Shown here: positions 38,309 through 47,676 of the stretch, piece after piece | Numbering within the stretch: position 1 is the first letter of the stretch | Layout: every line of letters starts with the position of its first letter | From: a bacterium | Lineage (GTDB): Bacteria; UBA8248; JACPRG01; G963555815 | Assembly: GCA_965218795.1 (NCBI GenBank) | Contig: OZ244653.1 | Coordinates: forward strand, 1,632,001-1,696,000 | Length of the DNA: 64,000 nucleotides | Direction of reading: 5' to 3' | Translations under genes and position numbers: made by a program | The notes under the pieces: generated by a model | Database searches by the model: none | The model's input: only the letters and a program-made list of their open reading frames with translations | What the model was told of the DNA's origin: nothing

Positions 38309-40723
38309 GTAGCGCCGGCGCTGGAGCTTGCGGATCTCCGCCTCGATCTTCCGCGCAAAGCGCTTCATCTCATGCTCGCTCGACAGGACCGACCGGCTCA
38401 TGTCCACGTTCACGTGGATGTGGTTGGTGATCGTGTCGCCCCGGGGAGTCTCCTCCTCCCGCAGGCCGCGGTTCCGGGGCCCCAGCGGCTCCACGCGGAC
38501 CCGCTCGGGCCCGGCCTCGCCCGCGACGAACCCCGTCGCGCGGTTCACGATCCCGTTGAAGCCCCGCGCCGCGAGCAGGAAGGGGATATGCGGCGCGTAT
38601 CGATCGGCGTAGTCGCGGCCTTTGTAAAGCAGGGCATTGTACGTCGCCTGTTGGAAGATCCGGGCCAGACCCTGCGCGTCCTTCTTGCTTTCGCGCGCGA
38701 TATAATCCGCCTGATTCCCCTCGCCCGCGTTGCCCACCGCGTTGTGGATCCGCCGCGCGTGCATTGCGGTCTCGCGTTCGTCGAAGGCGCCGATCGCCCG
38801 GAAGAAGGCGTCCGCCTTGTCGCGGGCCACGTCCTCCAGCCGGTCCGAAAGGAACGTCCCGCGCTTCCCCCCGCCGAGCAACCCGCCCAAAAACCCCGAG
38901 AGCGGGCCGCCCGCGCCGCCGCCAATCAGGCCCCCCAATACCGTCCCCACGCCGGGGATCAGCGATCCCGCGATCCCGCCGCCGATCGCGCCGACCCCGG
39001 AGCCGATGGTCGAGGCCGTCCCGCTCGTCCCCGTCAATCCCGACAGCAGCTGGCCCGCGCCGAACCCCAGACCCGCCCCGCCCGCCAGCTGACCGAAACT
39101 GGAGCCGGTCCCCAGGAATCCCCCCTGGCCGAAGAAGCCCGAGGATGCGGAGACGCCGGTCAGCGACGGCGGAGCGAAGATCGAGACGCCCGCCGCGGCT
39201 CCCGCGCCGCCGCCGAACAGGTTCCCGGTCCCGGGGATCGACGGGAGGCTGAAGCCTCCTCCCCCGCCTGAGCCGACGCCCCCGAACCCCAGGCCGGGGA
39301 TGCCCACCGGCGTGTTGAACAGCGTCGCCAGGCCCGAGGCCGCCCAGGAGGTCACCATCTGCGCCACCACGTCCGCCCAGACGTTCACCATCCGCAGGCC
39401 CATGTTCTCGAACGACGCCCCGATGTTGTCGAGCCTGCCCGTCAGGAAGTCGAAGAACTCTTCCTGCAAGCCGCCCCGGAGCGCCCCGAACGTGGCCGTG
39501 GTGGCCTGGGAGGCGTTCAGGCCGAAGCTGGACATGTCCAGGTAGGCCCGCTGCGCGCCCGCGGAGATCCCCCCGAACAGCGCCTGGGAGCTCACGCCCA
39601 GGTCTTGCAGGGCTGAGCGCTGTTCGGCTGCGGATTGACGGGCGATCTCCGGAATCGCCTCGCCCGCGGACCTTTCGTAGAACCGCTCCAGCGCGCCGTA
39701 GGCGTCCTCGCCGGCCGCTTGCTGTTCCTCGTAGCCGAGCAGGGCCGCGCCGAGGGTTTCTTCGGTCGCGTCGATGAAGGGCGCGGCGAAATCCCGCTGG
39801 TACGCCTCGGAGGAACGCCGGATGAGGTTGCCGACCGAGTCGGTGTAGCCCATCCAGGCCCGCAGGCCGTCTTCCTGCAAGGAAGCTAGGGGTTTCACTG
39901 GCCCCGGAAACGATACCAAAGTTGGAGAATGGGGAAGTCCAAGGCTGGAGATTGGACCATTGTGATCCATCTTCAGGCCATCTGTTGATGGTCCTCCATT
40001 CAACCTACCTCTACCCGACACCGGTACAGGTTCGGACGCTTCAATTTCTTTTTCGAAGCAGAAGCATCTAACAAGCTTATCGAGCGATACATCAATATAT
40101 TCAAGCCGGAGATTTCTCGTTTGATTGGATATTTCTTCCTTTTTCAGAAATTCCAGAATCTGACCGATTTGAACATTTAGCTGTTGATTTTGGCTTTGCT
40201 GCACAAATCCGGTTTTGCCTAGTTTCCTAGTCTCTTGTGCAATGTCAACCCCTTTTTCAGCTATACCAATCATATCTTCAATAGGAGTTCTCGGATCCTT
40301 CTTACTCCTTTTTGGATCCCTTGGAAATTTTGTCTTAAACCGTTTAATCTGGGATAAAAGTTCGATCGTTTTGATGATAGAAGCTATGTTCTTGGAAGAC
40401 CAAAGATTCAACTCAAGGTATTCAATGATGAGTTCGGGAGGAACTATCGTAAAAGGAAAAGAGGGCAGCGCATTATTCGAACGCTTCAATGAGGAAATGG
40501 ATTTCATGATCGATTGATTGACTCTCTCTAATACCCCCTTTATTCCGCTTGCATAAGATTCCATGTTGGAACGCGCACCCTCGGCGAAAGCTTTGTGGGC
40601 CGCCGATGCGTTCCGAAGCGTTTTCTCGATTTCATTGTCGAATTGATGGATCGCGGGTGTCGCGTGGTCGTCCACTTTTAGTAGAAATTCAATGCTATTC
40701 GCCGTTTGGGACTTTCTCCTCAA
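38231..40723 (-). CDS. Tail tape measure protein (mosaic; AT-rich N-terminal third)
   Basis: IEFLLKVDDHATPAI N-terminus; Gly/Ala-rich GAIGG repeats; AARGFNGIV..AGEAGPERV C-terminus. Confidence 0.8.
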   Translation of the reverse strand: MRRKSQTANSIEFLLKVDDHATPAIHQFDNEIEKTLRNASAAHKAFAEGARSNMESYASGIKGVLERVNQSIMKSISSLKRSNNALPSFPFTIVPPELIIEYLELNLWSSKNIASIIKTIELLSQIKRFKTKFPRDPKRSKKDPRTPIEDMIGIAEKGVDIAQETRKLGKTGFVQQSQNQQLNVQIGQILEFLKKEEISNQTRNLRLEYIDVSLDKLVRCFCFEKEIEASEPVPVSGRGRLNGGPSTDGLKMDHNGPISSLGLPHSPTLVSFPGPVKPLASLQEDGLRAWMGYTDSVGNLIRRSSEAYQRDFAAPFIDATEETLGAALLGYEEQQAAGEDAYGALERFYERSAGEAIPEIARQSAAEQRSALQDLGVSSQALFGGISAGAQRAYLDMSSFGLNASQATTATFGALRGGLQEEFFDFLTGRLDNIGASFENMGLRMVNVWADVVAQMVTSWAASGLATLFNTPVGIPGLGFGGVGSGGGGGFSLPSIPGTGNLFGGGAGAAAGVSIFAPPSLTGVSASSGFFGQGGFLGTGSSFGQLAGGAGLGFGAGQLLSGLTGTSGTASTIGSGVGAIGGGIAGSLIPGVGTVLGGLIGGGAGGPLSGFLGGLLGGGKRGTFLSDRLEDVARDKADAFFRAIGAFDERETAMHARRIHNAVGNAGEGNQADYIARESKKDAQGLARIFQQATYNALLYKGRDYADRYAPHIPFLLAARGFNGIVNRATGFVAGEAGPERVRVEPLGPRNRGLREEETPRGDTITNHIHVNVDMSRSVLSSEHEMKRFARKIEAEIRKLQRRRYGNVPLHRVRRSPAARCRQLATFRAL

Positions 40724-40918
40724 ATCAAGTCAGACATGCCCATTGGCCCCCCCGACATTGGAGCCAACGAAGGGTAAATAAGATTACCATATACGATGCT
40801 CTTTGAGATGGGAGACCAGGGCTAAAATCAGGATAGAAAAAGAGAGCCCGATCGATTGACTGTACCTAGTGAAAACCTGATATATTTTATGCGATAGAAT
40901 AAATCGCTCATGATAATT

Positions 40919-41458
40919 TCATTCACATTTCATTATGCCTATACTCTTCGGAACAGTTAATTTTCCGGCCAAATTATTCGGCATTTTACAACCAAACCTT
41001 ATTGATAAGTGAGAATAAAGCAAAGGTGTCCAAATAATAGCCCGATCAGATCGACTCCCTATCGGCATTGTGTAAATTGAAACATAGGTTTTCTTTGCTT
41101 CTTCCGGTACAAAATAAATTGCAATAATTTCTTCAGGACTAACATCAAACCAGTTTCGCAGGTGTTCCGCGAGTATATAACCCTTATTTTCATCTTTCTC
41201 TCGAATGATGAGTCCATACTGGTTCAAGATCCTGATGGAAGATTCGAATAGTTCCTCATTATCAAATTGAAAAAGAACACTTCTCTCTCTCTTGTCCATT
41301 AATTCACTAAGTCCCTCTGGACGGAATGCGTTGAAATAACTTAGAGACTGACTTGATCTAAGTATAGTTCCCAACCATTCGGTATGTAGAAACAGCATCC
41401 ACGACAGGAAAAGCAGAACCCAAGGTATCGCATTGATGGCGGTTCTGTGTTTCGACAT
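40919..41458 (-). CDS. Membrane-anchored protein with small extracytoplasmic domain (AT-rich)
   Basis: N-terminal TM (IPWVLLFLSWMLFL) followed by a soluble domain. Confidence 0.6.
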   Translation of the reverse strand: MSKHRTAINAIPWVLLFLSWMLFLHTEWLGTILRSSQSLSYFNAFRPEGLSELMDKRERSVLFQFDNEELFESSIRILNQYGLIIREKDENKGYILAEHLRNWFDVSPEEIIAIYFVPEEAKKTYVSIYTMPIGSRSDRAIIWTPLLYSHLSIRFGCKMPNNLAGKLTVPKSIGIMKCE

Positions 41459-41846
41459 CACTCCTTCCCCTCTCAACGGACCTACTCGGGTGCCTGGATT
41501 GTACCGAGCCAGATGGGTTTAGATACCCTTCGGACATTCCCGACATCCGGGTCCGCATCGTTCCCAGCTTCTGGTTTATCGTTCCCAGCTCCTGGTTCAA
41601 TGCCTGAATCGGCCGAAGCGTATCTTCCAGCGCAGCTCTCACGGGCATTAAAGCTCGCCTGAATGAATTCAGAGACTTCAGCAGCAGGGTCTCATTGGCC
41701 TTCAGGCTCGCCTTGGATTCTTCAGCGAACGTCTTGTGCGCCAATGAGACCTTCATGAGCGTCTGATCCACCGTTTTGGCCAATCGACGCAACTCTGGAG
41801 TCACCCTGTCTCGAGCCTCCAGCTCCAGAACTATCGAATTGTCCAT
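41358..41846 (-). CDS. Orphan tape-measure N-terminal fragment (long)
   Basis: MDNSIVLELEARDRVTPEL...AHKTFAEES aligns with tape measure NSIEFLLKVDDHATPAI...AHKAFAEG. Confidence 0.65.
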   Translation of the reverse strand: MDNSIVLELEARDRVTPELRRLAKTVDQTLMKVSLAHKTFAEESKASLKANETLLLKSLNSFRRALMPVRAALEDTLRPIQALNQELGTINQKLGTMRTRMSGMSEGYLNPSGSVQSRHPSRSVERGRSDVETQNRHQCDTLGSAFPVVDAVSTYRMVGNYT

Positions 41847-41847
41847 C

Positions 41848-42318
41848 TCAACCCTCTCCTCGAACGAGGCGATGAAAGCGTATCGTCCCTCTCAGCGCGC
41901 CAAAAGCGGCCAGGGTGCCTGCGGCACTGTGAGACCACGAGATGTATCGAATGATAACGACTATCTCATCATTCAACGCTTCAAGCTCTATAAACAACGA
42001 TAGAAAAGAATCATAAAACAACTGGAACGAGAAAAACAGGAAGAGGAAACCCGCGAGGACGCGGCTTTTCTTCCTGTCTATGAAGCAGGCCGAAATGACG
42101 AGAATGAAAAATTGAAACAACCCACTCCCAAACGACATGTCATACGCTGACAGTAGTTCACGATCTGTAAATTTCAGGAGCATAAGCGCGAACACCAAAA
42201 GCGGAAACATGAGGGCGGCCAGAACATATATCCCATTCGCGCTGCGCCCGATGATTTCCTCCGCCTGCGTCCCGGTCTCGATGGGGTTGAGCAAGACCTG
42301 CTCCAAATAATCTTTCAT
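41848..42318 (-). CDS. Multi-TM membrane protein, paralog 3
   Basis: MK.Y....L..P..T...A...I, SR.LAG, GA.R.T.RF..L shared with the paralogs at 42511 and 42794. Confidence 0.7.
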   Translation of the reverse strand: MKDYLEQVLLNPIETGTQAEEIIGRSANGIYVLAALMFPLLVFALMLLKFTDRELLSAYDMSFGSGLFQFFILVISACFIDRKKSRVLAGFLFLFFSFQLFYDSFLSLFIELEALNDEIVVIIRYISWSHSAAGTLAAFGALRGTIRFHRLVRGEG

Positions 42319-42506
42319 CCGCCCGCCCTCTCGCCGGACCGCCGGTCCGCTTTCAATGGACTTTCGGCTGCTATGGATTCTTCAGCGAACGTCTTGTGCG
42401 CTTCCGTAGCCTTCCGCAGGCTGTTTTCCACACGGTCCCGGAACCTGCGAAGTCCGGCAGTGGAGGCGTCTTCGATTTTCAGATGGATGACGGTTTGATT
42501 CGTCAT
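42315..42506 (-). CDS. Orphan tape-measure N-terminal fragment (short)
   Basis: MTNQTVIHLKIEDASTAGL...AHKTFAEES; 28-bp identity between 42374-42401 and 41714-41741. Confidence 0.6.
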   Translation of the reverse strand: MTNQTVIHLKIEDASTAGLRRFRDRVENSLRKATEAHKTFAEESIAAESPLKADRRSGERAGG

Positions 42507-42510
42507 TCTT

Positions 42511-42969
42511 CTACTCCTCCTTCCTCAACTGATGAAACCGGACGGTTGAGCGAATCGCGCCTATCGCCAAAAGTATCGCTACGGCGTTAAGTAAAATTGA
42601 TAATGCCCAAAGATAACCAAGACCCCATCGGGCAACGAATTCAGGACCCAGTAACACTGTGGGAAATATGACAAAAAGCAGTTCGCAGATAAAATAGAGG
42701 GTAAACAATCCCGCCAGGAACCGGCTCGCCAAGCGATTCATCAAGAAGGCGCCAGTCATAATGAAAATCACAATAAGCATGATTCTCAGATTCTCATTCG
42801 GCGGAAGCTCCATATGGAAAAAAACCTCCTCGATTGTATTCAACAGACCCGAAACGAGTCCGACGCCCCCCATGACGTAGAACCCGAATGTTGCCCATTT
42901 CGTGATTCCCTTTGCCTGCTCGACGGTCGTGATGGGCTCGAACAGCAATCTCCTGAAAAACCGTTTCAT
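42511..42969 (-). CDS. Multi-TM membrane protein, paralog 2
   Basis: MKRFFRRLLFEPITT...GFY...SRFLAG...GAIRSTVRFHQL. Confidence 0.7.
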   Translation of the reverse strand: MKRFFRRLLFEPITTVEQAKGITKWATFGFYVMGGVGLVSGLLNTIEEVFFHMELPPNENLRIMLIVIFIMTGAFLMNRLASRFLAGLFTLYFICELLFVIFPTVLLGPEFVARWGLGYLWALSILLNAVAILLAIGAIRSTVRFHQLRKEE

Positions 42970-43426
42970 CTCCCCCCCGCATCAGTTCTCTGAACCGGCG
43001 TGTCGCCCTGATCCCGCTATAGCCGAAAACAACTCCGCAGGTATAATAAATCAGCTTATAACCCAACACTATCATTCGAAAATGATCACGGGTATCAATT
43101 TCATTCCCCAAAAAAAGCGTGGCGACCCCTATGGAATCAGGGGCAAAGATGATTAACATGACCCAGGCAAATATCGGTCTTTTTGTCAGACTTAAATAAT
43201 AAGCCAGTATAAAAATGAATAGCACAGAAAAAATCAGATTCATAGATGTCAATTCGGGGTATGAATCAATGATCTGGAATTTGAACAGAAAGGCGCGAAT
43301 GATTGTTTCTATCAAGGGTACGCAACCGATCGAATAAAAACCATAGGATGCGAACCTTATGGCTTTCGCCGCATCATCCGAGGTCTTGAGCGGGTCTATC
43401 AACAGACTCTTGAAATAGCCTTTCAT
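42794..43426 (-). CDS. Multi-TM membrane protein, paralog 1 (reads through at a G7 tract)
   Basis: MKGYFKSLLIDPLKT...GFY...GIRATRRFREL; homology ends near 42970. Confidence 0.65.
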   Translation of the reverse strand: MKGYFKSLLIDPLKTSDDAAKAIRFASYGFYSIGCVPLIETIIRAFLFKFQIIDSYPELTSMNLIFSVLFIFILAYYLSLTKRPIFAWVMLIIFAPDSIGVATLFLGNEIDTRDHFRMIVLGYKLIYYTCGVVFGYSGIRATRRFRELMRGGDETVFQEIAVRAHHDRRAGKGNHEMGNIRVLRHGGRRTRFGSVEYNRGGFFPYGASAE

Positions 43427-43549
43427 CGCCCCGCCCTCTCGCCTGACTGTCGATTCACTTTCAATGGACTTTCGGCTACTATCTGTCATCTGTCCACCCC
43501 TGTCAAGAACCGGATTCAACAGGTCCTCCCCAGACCCCTCTATGCTGCC

Positions 43550-43822
43550 TGGATTCCTGCGTGCAACTCATCCCCGAAGGTCCCCGCTTAAGACTTGCGG
43601 GGACATGCTTCATCGGGGACGGGAAGGACGGACAAGGCGCGCCCCCCACCCTGCCCTCCCCTCAAGGGGGGAGGGGGAAGGGGTACAGCACCCCCGCCCC
43701 TGCTGTTAATCACTCCCCCCTTGAGGGGGAGTCGGCGCCCTGCGCCGGTGGGGGGATTTCAGGATTTCGGGTTACGCTTCGCTAACCCGACCTACGGGCT
43801 TCATCGGGGAGCGGGAATCCAG
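43550..43822. repeat. Cluster of host REP-like palindromes
   Basis: ggattcctgc, ccctcccctcaagggggaggg, ctcccccttgagggggag, gggttacgcttcgctaaccc, gcgggaatcc. Confidence 0.65.
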
Positions 43823-43967
43823 GATGCAGGGGCAGGACCCCGATACGCTGCCCAGGACCTCGGCCGCGGCCTGTCCGCCTCCTGCCGTACAGACAGGCCG
43901 CGGCGGCAACAGGCGGGCGGCCCGGGAGGCGTTCAGGCCGAAGCGGGACATGTCCAGGCAGGCCCGC

Positions 43968-44354
43968 TCAGTCCATACGACCCGCTGGCCTGCCCTGAAT
44001 GTATTCGTCGGGGGGCCTGCCCTGTCCGCGGACGAACTCATCGATCTGATCCAGCCGGTTCCACAGCCGCGCAGCTTGCCCCCGCGTCAGCTTGAGGTCC
44101 AAAAGGGCGGAGGCAACCTCCCGCGCGATCGGGAAATCCCGCGCGATGGGACGGGACATCAAGGCATAGACCTGAACGGCCTCTGCGTTTTCCGGCATCA
44201 GCTCGAAGTTTTCCCAGACGCACTCCCTGCAGGGGAGGTCGATTTCGTATTCGATCCCTTCCTGTCTGGCGGCTTGCTGTTCCTCCCGCGCCAATCGTTC
44301 GCAGGCACCGCAATCGAGCTTGGGAAAATCCCGCTTGCGCCGGAGGAACTCCAT
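43968..44354 (-). CDS. Tail assembly chaperone, gpT-like C-terminal part (-1 frame)
   Basis: CxxC..PCxxC..LMPEN; in the -1 frame of the upstream gene's A AAA AAC heptamer. Confidence 0.65.
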   Translation of the reverse strand: MEFLRRKRDFPKLDCGACERLAREEQQAARQEGIEYEIDLPCRECVWENFELMPENAEAVQVYALMSRPIARDFPIAREVASALLDLKLTRGQAARLWNRLDQIDEFVRGQGRPPDEYIQGRPAGRMD

Positions 44355-44707
44355 CAGTTTTTTTCCGATTCCTCTTCAGCCTCTTCCGCGCGCCGGTTCA
44401 TGGCAGTCACGAGCTCGTCCTGAACGTCCTCGGGAAGCCGCCGAATGTTTTCCGGGACGCATGGAATGGCCTCACCCGTTTTGGGATGCGTCACCCCCCG
44501 CCAATCCTGGATGCACCATTCCAAATAGCGAAGTTGGAATTCAAGGAAGTCGATCCCGCCATCCTTATGGGTCGCATTTGGATTCGGGATAATCTCCCGC
44601 ATCTTCTCGCGCTTCTTCTCAACCGACATCCTGCGGTACACAAAGACCGCATCCCTCACGGATACCTCAAAGGTTTCGTCGTCCGTTATGATCTGAATCG
44701 GGCTCAT
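44354..44707 (-). CDS. Tail assembly chaperone gpG-like
   Basis: IQDWRGVT...G..IPC; ends E-K-N-stop on GAA AAA AAC TGA. Confidence 0.75.
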   Translation of the reverse strand: MSPIQIITDDETFEVSVRDAVFVYRRMSVEKKREKMREIIPNPNATHKDGGIDFLEFQLRYLEWCIQDWRGVTHPKTGEAIPCVPENIRRLPEDVQDELVTAMNRRAEEAEEESEKN

Positions 44708-44708
44708 T

Positions 44709-44955
44709 GGCTACCTCCCATTGCATCGCATGAGCGGCCCTGCGGGCCGAGAAAAGCCGGGCCGGTACGGAGCCCGGCCCCTACGAAAAAGCAACGTCCC
44801 GTTGCATCGCATTAGGCACTCGCCTGCGGCGAGATGCCGCCAGCGTCCCGCTGGACCGCTTTCGTTACGCCCGCGCTATTTGCTCACGTTGTCTTTGTCT
44901 TTGCCGCCCAAGGGAACCGCAAGGGCGGCGAATGCGGTCCAGGTCGGAGACCTGG
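44709..44955. repeat. Hairpin-mosaic repeat R4
   Basis: Fills the gap from the TAG at 44956 to the ATG at 44707; supplies GGAGG. Confidence 0.85.
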
Positions 44956-45465
44956 CTAGATTTCGAGGCATTCGAGGATCAGGGGCTCGCGGGTCAGCTC
45001 GTACTCGACGACCCGGTAATCCCCCAGGTCCAGGCGGTCGTTCCAATCCGTCGCGCCCGGCTGGATCAGGGTCAGACGCACCTGCCCGCTGAGGATGTTC
45101 TCCTCGGCCTCGATGGCCGAGCAGGCCAGGTCGTCGTTGGAGACGACCACGGAGACCTCCGCCGGCTCCGACTGGGCGAACCCTTCCTCCAGCGAGGCGT
45201 CCGGGCTGCCTTCCGCCAGCGAGCCGATCTCGATCACCCGCCCGCCCCGGTCCAGGATGCCGCCCAGGCCGCTTCCGGCCTTGATGGCGCCGTCGCCCTT
45301 CCATGCGCCGTCGGCCAGGTGCTCGTCACCCGCGGCGTCCGCCAGTCCGGGGGGATAGTGCGTGGACCACACCCGTACGCCGAACGCGTTGGAGAAGAAG
45401 ACGATCGGGATGGAGCGCTCGCCCCGCTTCATGGCGTTGTCGAAATTGAGGCTGGTTGGGAGCAA
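44956..45465 (-). CDS. Phage hypothetical protein (tail-tip associated?)
   Basis: TTG 45465 after ggagg; shares ADG...DG...AG motif with the C-terminus of 36032-37279. Confidence 0.55.
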   Translation of the reverse strand: MLPTSLNFDNAMKRGERSIPIVFFSNAFGVRVWSTHYPPGLADAAGDEHLADGAWKGDGAIKAGSGLGGILDRGGRVIEIGSLAEGSPDASLEEGFAQSEPAEVSVVVSNDDLACSAIEAEENILSGQVRLTLIQPGATDWNDRLDLGDYRVVEYELTREPLILECLEI

Positions 45466-45500
45466 CGTGATCCTCCGATCTCGCTGCCAGGTCTTCGACC

Positions 45501-46150
45501 TGGCAACCTCCGGTTGCATCGCGTTAGGCACTCGCCTGCGGCGAGATGCCGCCGGCCGGCAATGTGCTGGTTTCTCTTTCGCCGCGCCTCGAATTCTCAG
45601 GCGCGGCCAATACGGTCCAGGTCCGAGACCTGGCAACCTCCGGTTGCATCGCGTTAGGCACTCGCCTGCGGCGAGATGCCGCCGGCCGGCAATGTGCTGG
45701 TTTCTCTTTCGCCGCGCCTCGAATTCTCAGGCGCGGCCAATACGGTCCAGGTCCGAGACCTGGCAACCTCCGGTTGCATCGCGTTAGGCACTCGCCTGCG
45801 GCGAGATGCCGCCGGCCGGCAATGTGCTGGTTTCTCTTTCGCCGCGCCTCGAATTCTCAGGCGCGGCCAATACGGTCCAGGTCCGAGACCTGGCAACCTC
45901 CGGTTGCATCGCGTTAGGCACTCGCCTGCGGCGAGATGCCGCCGGCCGGCAATGTGCCGGTTTCTCTTTCGCCGCGCCTCGAATTCTCAGGCGCGGCCAA
46001 TACGGTCCAGGTCCGAGACCTGGCAACCTCCGGTTGCATCGCGTTAGGCACTCGCCTGCGGCGAGATGCCGCCGGCCGGCAATGTGCCGGTTTCTCTTTC
46101 GCCGCGCCTCGAATTCTCAGGCGCGGCCAATGCGGTCCAGGTCCGAGACC
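45501..46150. repeat. Hairpin-mosaic repeat R5: five tandem 130-bp copies
   Basis: tggcaacctc starts at 45501, 45631, 45761, 45891 and 46021; only two variable positions seen. Confidence 0.95.
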
Positions 46151-46153
46151 TGG

Positions 46154-47674
46154 CTAGAAAGAGCTCATCGGGCGTTCCTCGAGCTCCACCTGAAGGTCGG
46201 CGAAGCTGGAGGACCGGTGGCGGAACCGGAGCGGCCCGACCCAGTGGACGAGGTACGTCTCGGACGGGAGGGCGGAATCCGGCATGAAGAAAAACGGGTT
46301 CGACTTCACGGCCGAACGGTCCTTGACGGCCTCGTAGAGCCTCCGGAATCCCGTCCGGTCCGAGGAGTCGAGCAGCCGGTACGGCAAATCGAAGATCCGG
46401 GCGCGGTTCCGCAGGATGGGCCGGGGCGCGCCCGCCGCGGTCCGCTGGTCATCCTCGTCGGCTTCCTGGCTCTCCTCGAAATCCAGGACGTAGTTTTTCG
46501 CTGGCTCGAAATGCGTGCCTAAAAAGACCTCGCCGATCTCCAGGCGCCCCTCCGCGCCCGACTTGTCCGCAACGCGGATCTGCCAGTAACGGCAGGACTG
46601 CCCTGAAATGAAGGCGCCGATGGTGTCCGCCGCGTGCGTCAGGTTCCGCGTGAACGCCGGGCTTCCCCACTCGTTGGACGAATTGCCGAGAAGCTGGATG
46701 ACCGTGGACGAGGCGCTGATGTTGTGGGCGTGGAGGACGAGGACCGTCGGGGAGATGGCCGTCCCGGCGTCGATGGTCAGCGTCTCGGGCAGATAGGCCG
46801 GCGCCAGCCGCTCGCAATCGGGGGCGGTCGTCGGACCGGCGGCCGGCTTCAGCCGGACGTAATACTTGTCCGCGTCCAGGGCGGCCTCGCCCTGCCTGGC
46901 CCAGTCGGAAGGGATCGTGAAGGTGACGTCGCCGTCCCGGGCAAAGGTGTTCCCGTCCGAAGCCGTGCCGTCGGTCAGTCCGTTCACCGCCGTCCAGGCC
47001 GTTCCGTTGTGGCGCTCGACTGTCAAGGCGCCCGCGCCGGCCGCGGCGGTGCGAACGTCCACGGCGATCCGGTCGAAGGGGACACGACAGCCCACGTAGA
47101 CGGTATCGCCTCCGGCCGCGTCCGCCCAGATGGGACCCGTGGTTGACCCGGCCTCGCTGAAGGCCTCAGGCGTCTTGTCCGTGAAGCCGGGCGCCGAGGC
47201 GTCGTAAACCTCCACGTTCACGTCGGCCAGGGCGGGCCGGTGGATGAACAAGGCGCTCCGCCAGGGGATGTCCGGGTCCCGGTCGATGGTCTTCGCCGGC
47301 GAGAAGAAACGTGTGGCCTTGAAGGTCCACTTGTCGCCCAGGTTGAAATCCGTCCCCGTGCCGGAGCCGAAACGCACCAGAACCCCGTCCTCCAGCGTAA
47401 CCGACGACGCGCGGGGGGCGACGGCCGCGGCCTCCCACCCGATGGAGGCGTTCTTCCGCCACTTGAAGGTGGCCGCGCCGATATCCCCGGCCCCGTCGAC
47501 CTCCACGGTGTAGAGACGGTCGTCCGTGCCGGCATAGGCGCCCGAGGGGGTCATCGTGCCCGCGCCGGTGCCCTCCTTGAGAGGAGAGCCGACGGTCCCC
47601 GCCCAGATGCTCGACGCGGTGAGCATGGAACCCGCGGTGATCAGGTTGTCGTACAGATACCTTCCCTTGCCCAT
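46154..47674 (-). CDS. Putative distal-tail (Dit-like) protein with inserted beta-rich domains
   Basis: RYWQIRVAD...G.LEIGEVFLG..FEP..NY pattern seen in phage tail-tip proteins; repeat-borne RBS. Confidence 0.5.
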   Translation of the reverse strand: MGKGRYLYDNLITAGSMLTASSIWAGTVGSPLKEGTGAGTMTPSGAYAGTDDRLYTVEVDGAGDIGAATFKWRKNASIGWEAAAVAPRASSVTLEDGVLVRFGSGTGTDFNLGDKWTFKATRFFSPAKTIDRDPDIPWRSALFIHRPALADVNVEVYDASAPGFTDKTPEAFSEAGSTTGPIWADAAGGDTVYVGCRVPFDRIAVDVRTAAAGAGALTVERHNGTAWTAVNGLTDGTASDGNTFARDGDVTFTIPSDWARQGEAALDADKYYVRLKPAAGPTTAPDCERLAPAYLPETLTIDAGTAISPTVLVLHAHNISASSTVIQLLGNSSNEWGSPAFTRNLTHAADTIGAFISGQSCRYWQIRVADKSGAEGRLEIGEVFLGTHFEPAKNYVLDFEESQEADEDDQRTAAGAPRPILRNRARIFDLPYRLLDSSDRTGFRRLYEAVKDRSAVKSNPFFFMPDSALPSETYLVHWVGPLRFRHRSSSFADLQVELEERPMSSF

Positions 47675-47676
47675 GA

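Noticed and set aside
45501-46150. CRISPR array
   Set aside because: Units are near-identical over the whole 130 bp with no unique spacers, and no cas genes are in the window
34773-47674. Diversity-generating retroelement or shufflon acting on tail genes
   Set aside because: No reverse transcriptase or invertase, no adenine-specific TR/VR pair, and all cassettes are co-oriented
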